64,000 nt of DNA from Octopus sinensis (Eukaryota). The stretch's first letter is position 1. Every line of letters starts with the position of its first letter. Made by a program: the position numbers and the translations under genes. The stretch is from assembly GCF_006345805.1 (NCBI RefSeq), contig NC_042998.1, positions 115,258,001-115,322,000 of the forward strand. The letters run 5' to 3'. The notes beneath the pieces are model-generated. The model saw only the letters and a program-made list of their open reading frames with translations, searched no databases and was not told where the DNA came from. Of this stretch, positions 13,245 to 24,389 are shown piece by piece.

Positions 13245-13749
13245 CAAAGTGACACAGAGAGTGCGACACACACACACAGCCATACAAAATTCATACACAC
13301 ACATACAAACACTTTCACTCCGTTTACGAACACATACCCAACACACTGACACACACTCACATCCACACCCATCCATTCACACAGCCTTCAGACTGCCTCT
13401 CAAATAAGTACACAAAAAACAACCACACCTGTTACCATAGCTGCTGACCTTTTACTACGACGTTACCAGGCACAAAGATGACTCACACATACACATATAA
13501 ACAGCTAATACCACACACACCACAGACGCACCACCACATGCAGTTACCACCACACGCTGACACACACGTACTTAATTACTGCCAAACACACACACACGGT
13601 ATCACGCACACACATACCACTACCACCACACGCACACACAAACACCACAAACACGCAGTTATTGCCACACACGCGCGACCGTATACACACAGACGCGACC
13701 ATATACACACACACACATGTTATCAGACACACACACACAGGCACACACA

Positions 13750-14007
13750 GACACCAACCTTTCTTTACACTTTCTCTATGTCCATCTACTACCGGTCATT
13801 CCAAAATGTAACTGCATATGGATTGTTGGCGATTTTTTACCCCCGTCTTCCTTTTCATTTATACTTTCCCCTGTCTCTTGTTTCTGAAGAAGATGCTTTG
13901 CTCGAAACGTAAAACACCCTTTTTCCCTTCCATAAGAGTCTTATAAATATTTTGCATGTACCACGTAGTTGCTTTTTCTGTCTTTTTTCTCCGTATCTTT
14001 TTATTAA

Positions 14008-14008
<1 letters not shown>
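13750..14008 (+). mobile_element. Short hammerhead-bearing element, diverged relative of 4521-4715
   Basis: 5' gttggcgattttttacccccgtcttcc and 3' ccctttttcccttcc...gtaccacgt resemble the CCGACGA family; 3' end abuts TA(CA)n. Confidence 0.65.
13879..13916 (+). ncRNA. Minimal type I hammerhead ribozyme with canonical core
   Basis: TGTTT-CTGAAGA-A-GA(T)GC(TTT)GCTC-GAAA-CGT-A-AAACA. Stem I is 5 bp, stem II is 4 bp with a bulge, and the GUA triplet gives predicted cleavage after 13911. Confidence 0.72.
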
Positions 14009-14041
<33 letters not shown>

Positions 14042-14134
14042 ACACACTATAATATATTATATATATATATAATATTATATATATATATATATACGACGGT
14101 CTTCTCTTCCAGTTACTGTATGTACCAAATTCAC

Positions 14135-14268
14135 TAACATGCCTTTCCTTTGGTCAGCCCGAGGATATAGTAGAAGACACGTTTCCAGGGTTTAACGCAG
14201 AGGGACTGCACCCGGAACCATGTGGTTTGGAAGCGAGCTCTTTACCACACAGCCACGCCTGCGCCTAT
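14135..14268 (-). mobile_element. SINE family A head
   Basis: taggcgcaggcgtggctgtgtggtaaagagctcgcttccaaaccacatggttccggg on the minus strand. Confidence 0.85.
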
Positions 14269-14269
14269 A

Positions 14270-14389
<120 letters not shown>

Positions 14390-15311
14390 TATACGTTTTT
14401 ATTATTATTTCGCAATTTACTTAATCATCGGTATATTATTTTTCTAGATAGTGTAATTTAATTGTTCATTTTGAATTGATAAAAAGTGGCTTTTTCTAAT
14501 TTTTATATATATATATATATTATATTTTGTGAAATTTGATTTAGCATTTTTAAATTGAATTTTTCCCTGTAAGTTAGGAATAATATTCCCTCAAATAATT
14601 ATTATATATATAAATACGTTATTTTCTTTAAAATACCAACCCACTCGACGTTTCTATGCTATTACTTATAACACTTATAATAATAGCCGGTAAATGTTAT
14701 AAGCCACTTAGCCTAATGTTATAGAACTCTCGTTCGGTATAGGAGAGGTATAAGTTTCGATCCTGTGTAGTAGACCGCTAGCAAATTTTTTACGTCACCT
14801 AGGCGTATTAACCCAATTTCCCAGACTGTTTTCACAGCTAGCCCGCATTCAAAGTCTACACTATTTTCTGTAAAATATTTGCGTGTGAGTATGCACACAC
14901 ACACACACACACGCACACATATCTTTATTTATTCAGATGGACATGCATGTCTGAGTATAAGTAGATTACCAAACCTCATATCAAGTACTGAATGTTATTC
15001 ATCTATAATTAAAAATGAAGAGAATTCAGCATGCATACTCGTCATTTGTTTGTGGTAGTATATAAATATATATATATATATATATACAGTTATTTCAACG
15101 TGTATTCTAGCTGAAATGATTTACCTGTCAAATTCAAACAAAATATATACACTATATATTTATCTAGTGAGTTCAATTAATAAATATTAATTATTATTAT
15201 CTATTCCGCAATGTTTCAAACCGTTGGGTTAAAACAGAAATTTTGGAAATATCAATGTGATCGTTTGTTTTCTAGTCTTCCAAATATATAATTCTACATA
15301 CAAGAACATAT

Positions 15312-15348
<37 letters not shown>

Positions 15349-15450
15349 CCTATATATATGTGTATGTATATCTCTCTCTCCATATGTGTACACAAACACA
15401 TACACACACTCAGTAGCACATATTATAGACATACACGCACAGACGTATAC

Positions 15451-15488
<38 letters not shown>

Positions 15489-15540
15489 ATATAATATATA
15501 CATATATATAATATATATATATATATATACATATATATAG

Positions 15541-15771
15541 GACGCTTTTGTCCGGTACTACTCGACATGATAGATCGTTAGCCACTACGCACATTTTTTT
15601 TCTCTCCTTGTTTCTCTCCTTGTTTCTCTCCTTGTTTTTTCTGTGTCCCTTTCTGTAGAAGAGCGTAGGCTCGAAACATAGAAGACTTTTTCTATTCCTT
15701 AGCGTTATACTAATACATCTGTTTGTTTTGTACATCACCTGTCTTCATCTTTTGTTTTTTTCGTAAACTCT

Positions 15772-15775
<4 letters not shown>
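15541..15775 (+). mobile_element. CUGUNGA-family element between (TA)n tracts; decayed HHR motif at 15649-15684
   Basis: CTTT-CTGTAGA-A-GAGC(GTAG)GCTC-GAAA-CAT-A-GAAG; near-identical to 63613-63776(-); internal 12-bp ttctctccttgt triplication. Confidence 0.8.
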
Positions 15776-15807
<32 letters not shown>

Positions 15808-15886
15808 TTTTACATAATATATGTATTTAGCTATGTATCTATATCTATCTATCTATCTATCTATATTTATATATATATATATATAT

Positions 15887-15958
<72 letters not shown>

Positions 15959-16169
15959 CGTGTTTGTGTATTGTATGTATGTATTTATCTATATATACAT
16001 ATATGTGTGTGTATGTGTATGCTTATGTATGTATGTATGTATATCTTATCCATTCTCTCGTACATCCTTTTTAGACAATCGCTTGTACGTTTTATAGCGT
16101 CACTGTTGAACAATACTCACTGAGAGGATGTTGTTAGTGTTAATGTTACTCTTTTCTTTGTTTTACCTG

Positions 16170-16945
16170 ATTTGAACCGATGTTTCTTCTCTCTCTGTTG
16201 TTTTTTTTTAATTTCATGGCTGGTTCCATTTTATTGTTGATTTTGTTGCTGTTGTTCTGTTCATTGTCGCCATTTTGCCGATTGTTGTTGTGATATTTGG
16301 TGTTGTTTTCTCTCGTCTTATTGTTGTCAATCATGATTTTGAGTCTACAACTAATACTTCCTTACTGATAATCATTATTGATGTTGTTATTGTAGTTGTT
16401 ATCTATATGTTATTTTTTATTTATTTATTTTTATCATTAACTGTTTTTGTTTTCGTTGTTGTTGTTGGTGGTGGTGGTGGTGGTTGCGGGTATGTTGTTG
16501 CTGTTGCTCTCAATGTTGCTGCTGGAACTGCGGTTATTTTGATGTTGCTATTACCGTTATTACTGGTTTTCTATTTACCAATATTGTTGTTGTTGTTGAC
16601 ATTGCTATTATTGTTGTTATTATTGTTGGTGTTTTCCTTGTTATTGTTGTTGCTGTTGTTGTTACTGCTTGTGTTGTGATTTTTCAGTGTGTCGTTTGTT
16701 CAGAAACGCTGTTGTTGGTTGCTGGCAATGTTCCTATTTGCTGTTGTTGCAGTTGTTGTCGTCGTTGTTATTGTTGTTGCTGTTGTTGCTGATATTCCTC
16801 TGAGTTTTCGTTTTTGCTCTTTCTTTTATTATTTATTTATTCGTGTTTATATTTAAAATTTTAAAGGTTATAATTTTCTTGCTTCTTTTATTTATTATTT
16901 TTTTTTTTTTGAAATTTTCATTTTATTTCATTATTATTATTATTA

Positions 16946-16997
<52 letters not shown>

Positions 16998-17070
16998 CAT
17001 CACCGTCATCATCATCAACATCGTCATCATTATCATCATCAACATCATCATCATTGTTATTATTATTATT
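16170..17070. repeat. (TTG)n/(TTA)n/(CAT)n low-complexity region
   Basis: Trinucleotide runs; source of the poly-L/V/I ORFs. Confidence 0.9.
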
Positions 17071-17698
17071 TTTCATTAAACTTTCTTTTATATCAAATGA
17101 AATCCATTTCTTGTGAAGATGAGAGGAATACAAGAGAAGGCATGCTGTAGCTTTTATACCTCGAAGAGATAATATTGGTTTTGCTGTTGCTAATTCTAAT
17201 GCGACCAATAGGACGTGCATTTGTTTGTTTGATGAAGGAGAGGAGAGTATGGAGGCGTGAAGTGAGCAGGTGGGGAGAGAGAGTGTGACAGAGAAGTCAA
17301 GATAAAAATAAGAATCACAAAACACAACTGTAAGACATTACAAAGTACATCAACAACTACAGCAGCAGTTCGAAACCAGAAACAATAAACAGCTAGTTTT
17401 GTTGTTGTTGCTGTTGTTGTGTTGTTCCTCCCCTCTCGCTAAGTAGGCAAAAAAAGCAAAAAAATAATAATAACATACACTCTTAGACAAATAAACTTAT
17501 ATACACATATTCACAGACTAATACACATACAGACACTCAGTTGCACAGATATACACAAGGTAACACACCTACACACGAAAGGATGTACACGCCAATATAG
17601 GCTCACACACGATTTTCTCTATCATACACAAAGTAACTCTCTCTCACATACGCAGGCACTCATATACATGTATGCTAAAGCAATCTCTTGCAAAATTG

Positions 17699-17759
<61 letters not shown>

Positions 17760-18663
17760 ATCTACATGCTTACAGTATCGAACTAGCATACAAAAGCATA
17801 CACTCACATAGATGCACACAAACACACTCACAGAAGAACAGGCACATAGGAGACACAGATTCACTACTTAACTAAATACACATACAACACACACACACAC
17901 ACACGCACACACTCAAGACTCGTACAAACTAATATACGCATTTACACATATGCAAACACACATACATTCAAGCCTACATACATATATATAAGCAGAAAGA
18001 CGGACATATACTCGAAATAAATTTACATACAATGTGTCACACAATAAGAAGAAAAATAAATGAAAAAAATATTAGAAAAGAGAGAGAGAAAAGAATATAA
18101 AAAAGTAAAAAGAATGGAGATGGAATGACATTTTCTTGTGTGTAACTCTGTTCTGTGCGTGTGGTATAGAATAGAGTAATTCTCAGTACAAAGTTGAGTG
18201 AATAGATTGTTCAACACGAAGACGTATCAATTCAGTGTTACCATGTTTTCCCCTTGACAGGGAATATTTGAGACAATTGTGAATCAATGCATCGTATAAC
18301 GTTTTTGGTGTGATCTTGTTGTGGGCTGTTGTTTTTTTTTAAATGGTTATGTGTATGCGATTTTTGCTATTTTTATACTATGTTATATTCGAAAATTGTA
18401 CACTTAGTTACACCTCCAATATGGCAACACTTTTCGCTGATGATCATAAACACAGATATATACAGGTGCGCGCGCACACATACACACTCAAAGATTCGCT
18501 TATAACATACCAGTGCAATTATGTAATATGACTGTATGCGTGTGATTCTTCCTCTCCATATCTCTCTCTCTCTATCTATCGATCGATCGGTCGATCTTTG
18601 TATACACCTGCTTTTCTTTGGACTATCTACTCCTGCCTCCTTTTCTCTCCCTCTGGACTCTTC

Positions 18664-18700
18664 CTTTTTCTGACAAAGAGTCAAACTCGAAACGTCATTT
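18664..18700 (+). ncRNA. Degenerate hammerhead-like motif
   Basis: CTGACAA-A-GAGT(CAA)ACTC-GAAA-CGT-C; G8 mutated and stem I not evident. Confidence 0.35.
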
Positions 18701-18797
18701 CTCCTCCTATGTTTCCATCTAAAACTTTACCTAAGCGTAAATCTAATATATTCATTGTGAATGTCTAATTTATTCTCGCTTTTTTTCTTTATTTGGC

Positions 18798-18837
<40 letters not shown>

Positions 18838-18844
18838 ACATCTT

Positions 18845-19040
18845 GTATCTTTTACGTACTTCAGTCATTGAACTGCAGCCATGTTGTGGCTCCGCTTTGA
18901 AGGATTTAGTCGAGTAAATCGAACATATTACTTATTCTATTGAACCTTTTTGCCGCATTATATATCATGGGGACGTGCGCAAACCAACACCGGTTGTCAA
19001 GCGGTATTTGGCTGTCAAAAGCAAATACAAAGACACACAC
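18845..19040 (-). mobile_element. SINE family A tail, degenerate
   Basis: cttcagtcattgaactgcagccatgttg...aacaccggttgtcaagcg. Confidence 0.7.
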
Positions 19041-19087
19041 AGAGGTTCACTTATATACATATATATATATATATGCATATATGTAAA

Positions 19088-19151
<64 letters not shown>

Positions 19152-19153
<2 letters not shown>

Positions 19154-19428
19154 ATCAAAAAAAGGGGGTAGAATTAAGTAATTGTTAATAAATTCGACCA
19201 AGCAGTATTCGGTATGTAAAGACCATTTACGGTATATTTGAAGTATTAATTTATAAAAATATGGTAAAGTAAAAAATTCACTTTACCACACGCCGAACTT
19301 TTCAGAAATAGCAGCCAAAAATTTGGCTATTTCTTCAACTGCAAATAAAAGTCTCCAGACAATGCATACTCAGAAAATAACTCACATACCTATGTGAATT
19401 TTTTACTTTACCATATTTTTATAAATTA
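19152..19428 (-). mobile_element. Diverged relative of the 594-nt unit's 3' part, with a perfect 35-bp inverted duplication
   Basis: Minus strand aligns by eye to about 20320-20510 (gctatttct..aa.ttcgg..tgtggta; ctttacat.ccgaa.act.cttggt). Inverted repeat 19247-19281 / 19394-19428. Confidence 0.7.
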
Positions 19429-19456
19429 TATATATAATATATATATATATATATGC

Positions 19457-19494
<38 letters not shown>

Positions 19495-19557
19495 GTGTAT
19501 ATATATATATATATTATATATATATATATATATAACATATATATATATATACATATG

Positions 19558-19589
<32 letters not shown>

Positions 19590-19609
19590 CTATATATATA
19601 TATATAATA

Positions 19610-19647
<38 letters not shown>

Positions 19648-19776
19648 TATATATATATATATATATATATAGATATATATATATATATATACATACATAT
19701 ATATATTATATATATATTATATATATCCATATATATATATATATATATATATACATACATATATATATATATATAT

Positions 19777-19898
19777 ATTTATTATATAGAAGGAGCTTCT
19801 ACAGGACTAGAACTGTTTCATTCAAGAGAAACCTTCAGGAAGATTTCTCTTGAATGAAACAGTTCTAGTCCTGTAGAAGCTCCTTCTATATAATAAAT
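19777..19898. repeat. Near-perfect 122-nt palindrome (55-bp perfect arms)
   Basis: Arms 19777-19831 and 19844-19898 are exact reverse complements; the inner CTTC-AG-GAAG adds 4 bp after one mismatch. Confidence 0.95.
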
Positions 19899-20121
19899 TA
19901 ATTTTACTCTGCTATGTATTGAGTACCTTATTTACTGTGGTTAACCCCGAATCAACCCGGGACCTACATATATATATATATATATATATATCACAATCGT
20001 TTCATTCACACATTGAATTTGGTGATACTAGTTGCGGATTCTAGCTCGCTCTGATACTGAGTTGATTTGGTGCCTTCTAGTATCTCAAAATTCAATATAT
20101 AACCATTTATGATTATAGTAT

Positions 20122-20222
20122 TCTACGCTGAAGAGAAAAGAAGTTTTTGGTAAGATAGAATTATTTGATATTTAATTCTTATGCTTTCCTAAAAACTTGA
20201 TTTCGAAACGTACGTCCGTAGA
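20122..20222 (+). ncRNA. Type I hammerhead ribozyme, canonical core, ~70-nt stem II
   Basis: TCTACG-CTGAAGA-GAAA...TTTC-GAAA-CG(TA)CG-T-C-CGTAGA. Stem I is 6 bp, G10.1-C11.1 is present, and the GUC triplet gives predicted cleavage after 20216. Confidence 0.85.
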
Positions 20223-20715
20223 TAACTTAAAATTGTATGATAGATTGCCGTCAATTCATTCTCTCTTACCTGTTTGTGTCTGCCTTCCAATTGCTGTTTT
20301 TACTGAGATCTCCCTTTTTAGTAGAAGAAATAGCTATAACTCTTTGACTGCTATTTCTAAATTCGGTATGTGGTACGGCAATTCGTTGCTAAACCCTTTA
20401 TTGCTTAGTATTACTTAAATTTTCCTCGAATGAGGCTTTTACATGCCGAAGACTACTTGGTGTAATTGATAATTATTCCAAATTAATTAATTTCACCCTT
20501 CATTATTACGGATAACCATATTTTATCTCAGTAGATGACCACAGCATCTTGATTTGGCTACACGCGGGTGGGAAGGGGCTGGTGACACAATCGTTTCATT
20601 CACACATTGAATTTGGTGATATTAGTTGCGGATTCTAGCTCGCTCTGATACTGAGTTGAGTTGGTGCCTTCTAGTATCTCAAAATTCAATATATAATCAT
20701 TTATGATTATAGTAT

Positions 20716-20816
20716 TCTACGCTGAAGAGAAAAGAAGTTTTTGGTAAGATAGAATTATTTGATATTTAATTCTTATGCTTTCCTAAAAACTTGATTTCGA
20801 AACGTACATCCGTAGA
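20716..20816 (+). ncRNA. Second copy of the same hammerhead; stem III G-to-A change (AUC triplet)
   Basis: Identical except ACGTACGTC to ACGTACATC at 20808; predicted site after 20810. Confidence 0.7.
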
Positions 20817-20997
20817 TAACTTAAAATTGTATGATAGATTGCCGTCAATTCATTCTCTCTTACCTGTTTGTGTCTGCCTTCCAATTGCTGTTTTTACTGA
20901 GATCTCCCTTTTTAGTAGAAGAAATAGCTATAACTCTTTGACTGCTATTTCTAAATTCGGTATGTGGTAAGGCAATTCGTTGCTAAACCCTTTATTG

Positions 20998-21039
<42 letters not shown>

Positions 21040-21049
21040 ACACACATAC

Positions 21050-21467
21050 TTTACTCTTACTCTATTTACTCTCGTACTTGTTTCAGTCATTTGACTGCGG
21101 CTATGCTGTGGCACCGCCTTTAGTCGAGCGAATCGACCCCAGGACTTATTCTTTGTAAGACTAGTACTTATTCTATCGGTTCTGTTGCCGAACCGCTAAG
21201 TTACGGGGACGTAAACACACCATATCGGTTGTCAGGCGAGGTTGGGGTGGTTGGGACGAACACAGACACACAAACATATCCATACTTATACATACACATA
21301 TATACGATGGGCTTCTTTCAGTTTCCGTCTACAAAATCCACTCACAAGCCTTTGGTCAGCCCGAGGCTATAGTACAAGACACTAGCCCAAGTTGCTACGC
21401 ACTAGAACTGAACCCGGAACCATTTGGTTCGTAAGAACACTACTTACCTCACTGCCACTCCTGCGCC

Positions 21468-21472
<5 letters not shown>
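21050..21472 (-). mobile_element. SINE family A, full length
   Basis: Head, internal microsatellite and tail all present on the minus strand. Confidence 0.88.
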
Positions 21473-21519
<47 letters not shown>

Positions 21520-21640
21520 CATGTATGCATACATGTATATATGTGTAGGACATTTCAGTTTCTGTCAACTAAATCCATTTATTTGCCATTAATCGGCCCG
21601 AAACGATAGCAGAAGTCACACACACACGGACTCACACACA

Positions 21641-21678
<38 letters not shown>

Positions 21679-21890
21679 ACACACACACACGCACACGCAC
21701 ACGCACACACAAGCACATATTAGTTTCAAATTTTGTTACAAGTCCAGCAATTTCGGGGACGGAAATAAATCGACTTAATTAGCCTACGCTCTTCGACAGG
21801 AAGGAACGCAGAAATAAACAGGGAGATAAAATGAATGTTTTAGTAGCTAGCGATGTATCATATATATATATATGTATATATATATATATG

Positions 21891-21935
<45 letters not shown>

Positions 21936-22674
21936 GTATGTATATATGTATATATGCATATACAGGTACTTAGGCAGTGCGCTGTACCTGCGTATATATG
22001 TATGTATGTATATATGTATTATGTATTTCTCTATGTATGTATACATCTGTGTATGCGTGTATGTATGTATGTATAACGCATTTAACATATACGTAATTTG
22101 GTGAAACCTGGATGTTGATAAGCACTGCGATTTTGTGATAACGCCAAAGCGTGCCTAGCAGAATAACATATCACCTTCACAATAATCCTTACAGTTTAAG
22201 CGCCATATTTCATGTGATTATACGTTTTCGAAGCTACGGGGTCTATTCATTAGCGTGACACAAAATGAACAATTTTTATATGAACATATTAACAGAATTC
22301 TTATTTTAAAAAAGTTCGAAGTGAAAATATATCAGGACAGGCAAGCAACTCGTTATAGCTATTTGACATAAAGATTTGACCACAATATAAACTAACAGTC
22401 TTTCATAACATATTTTAAACGAAACTATATACATTTAACATGTATGTTTAAAATGAATGTTTTAGATCTCAGCTTTTCTTTGTGGTTTAAATAATGTAGA
22501 GTACAATACATTATATAAATAAAGGCTAGATTAAAGATGGCTTTACGTTATATAATAAACATCATTCTTAACACATTAGTAGCAATACAATATAAAACTT
22601 AGTTTTATAACATAAACTTATCAACAGGAGTATTTTCTTATTTTGTAAGCATACTTTGTCATAAACAATCCTTA

Positions 22675-22810
22675 GCTGTTTGGCAGAGTCGTTAGCACTT
22701 CGGATAGAACACTTAACAGTATTTTTTTTTAAATCTTCGAGGGCCTAAGTTCAAATGTTGCCCAGTCAACTATGCCTTTCACCTTTTCTGAGTTGATAAA
22801 AATATACTAA
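22675..22810 (+). mobile_element. SINE family D, degenerate
   Basis: tggcagagtcgttagcac...agttcaaat...actatgcctttcacctttt. Confidence 0.65.
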
Positions 22811-23379
22811 TTCAGAACGTTGTATTGGCAGAGATACAAGAATACTGGACCAAATGCCTTGCAGCGTCTCTTCCGATATTTTACTTTCTGCGATCAAATA
22901 CCACCATGCTCGAGTTGAATGATAGACTTCACTTGTCGCCAAGCTCAACACCACCATCTGGCACTTGTTTAATTTCGAATATAATTTCACGCGAAAGTCA
23001 TTAGAGCGGTGCTACTTTTTCATCGCATTGAAACAGTAAACTTCTTATTATAACCACTTAGGCACCTTGAGCAGATTCCGTTTTATTTTGGGTTCCGGTT
23101 TGAGGACATCACCTTTGCACCATTCTCCAAAGTCATGTATTGACTTTGTCACTGACTTAATTTCTGACAAAAAAAAGTTAAGGAAACGAATTTATAAACA
23201 CAGATAGACTCTCACATTAATACTGCAATACAATATACACACAAGCGATCGCATATAAGCAAACACACAGACACAAACTAATATGTGTATATTGTGTGTT
23301 TGTGTGTGTGCGTGTGTATGTGAGCTTGTGACTATGTGATGAACTCTCTTGTAAACAAAAGTTCCGCATTATTCACTAC

Positions 23380-23760
23380 TGTAAGAGACGTTTGTGGCGA
23401 TCTTCAGTAGGTTTATGATTCGACTGTGGGAAGCGAGTTCTGCCTTGATACTAGCTACGAATCGACAATCACCACAAATAAAGGCATTCAAAGTAGAGAC
23501 TGGTTCATGCATCTGCTTAAGATTCAAAGGTGAGTAAGTCACTTTTGTCGAGTGACTTTCAACCATTTTAAACTAGTGAAACTCGTTGATCGTTTGACTA
23601 GCTTTTCAGCAAGGTCTTCCTAATACTCGAGATCAATATTATATCATTTGATGGTTTTCCTTTGACCATTGAAATGCTGTTTGGGGAGATTATCATCTTT
23701 CATTCGAAATAAGTTTCCTTCCCATCTCAACTGTATCTTCAGTAGAAATACCTTCAATCA
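23380..23760 (-). mobile_element. RTE-clade LINE 3' relic
   Basis: LLKIQLRWEGNLFRMKDDNLPKQHFNG (cf. LRWAGHxxRM..RLPK), IDLEY*EDLAE, and terminal FICGDC...LASHSR zinc-finger-like motif. Confidence 0.7.
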
Positions 23761-24389
23761 CAGAAAAGTTGCATAGCTTCAATATTTCACTTTTTCTGAC
23801 TTTAACTTGTCCTTAACGCAAATTGTTCGCAGATATTTCCCCCGTTGTAAAAAAGAATGACAAAATGTATGAGTTATTTGGAGATATGTCTGAAAGCTCG
23901 TCAGAACTTTCACTAGAAGAATTCCCGAGTTTGTCAAAAAACAAAAGTATTGTGTCCAAGTGAATAATTTATGTACCTAGCATCCAAACTGAACAACCAA
24001 AAAAAGAAGAAAAACGTTTTGCGTTGGCAGCTGGGGGTGGAACCCGGCTGCTTTCGACGAATAAGTGGGATTTCATTAAATACAGTGAAATGATACAAAT
24101 AAATGACAACGTGGTTAAAATTCAACCTCCGGAGAAATTACTACTAGAAGAAAAACACAAAACAATAATTTTCAAAACTTACTGTTTGCAAAAAAGAAAA
24201 ATTGAGAAAATTGGAGAAAAGGAAAAATTGAAGACTCCCCCCCCCCCACCTGATAATTCTGTGTCGATAATGAGACGGGATTTTAACAAATTTATTTCCC
24301 AAGACCGGCCGCTTCCGACTCTGTATCAAGAAAAGGTGGAGGGTTCCTCTCCGCCGGAAATCCTGATTAACAGGTAAGTAATTTTATTC

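Larger units (their letters stand above)
19992..21001 (+). mobile_element. Tandem 1.7-mer of a 594-nt hammerhead-delimited unit between (TA)n tracts (retrozyme or Penelope pseudo-LTR-like)
   Basis: 19992-20407 recurs at 20586-21001 with a constant 594-nt offset; each copy carries a type I HHR. Confidence 0.85.

Noticed and set aside
14635-14740. Minus-strand hairpin followed by GAAACGTC
   Set aside because: No CUGANGA or stem I partner could be placed upstream.
19992-21001. CRISPR-like or LTR retrotransposon interpretation of the direct repeats
   Set aside because: There are only two long repeats, with no spacers, PBS/PPT, TG..CA termini or gag/pol.
24024-24377. 117-aa ORF upstream of Tx1 ORF2 as ORF1
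   Set aside because: The position fits an ORF1 tail, but no RRM or zinc-knuckle motif is visible, so it is left uncalled.
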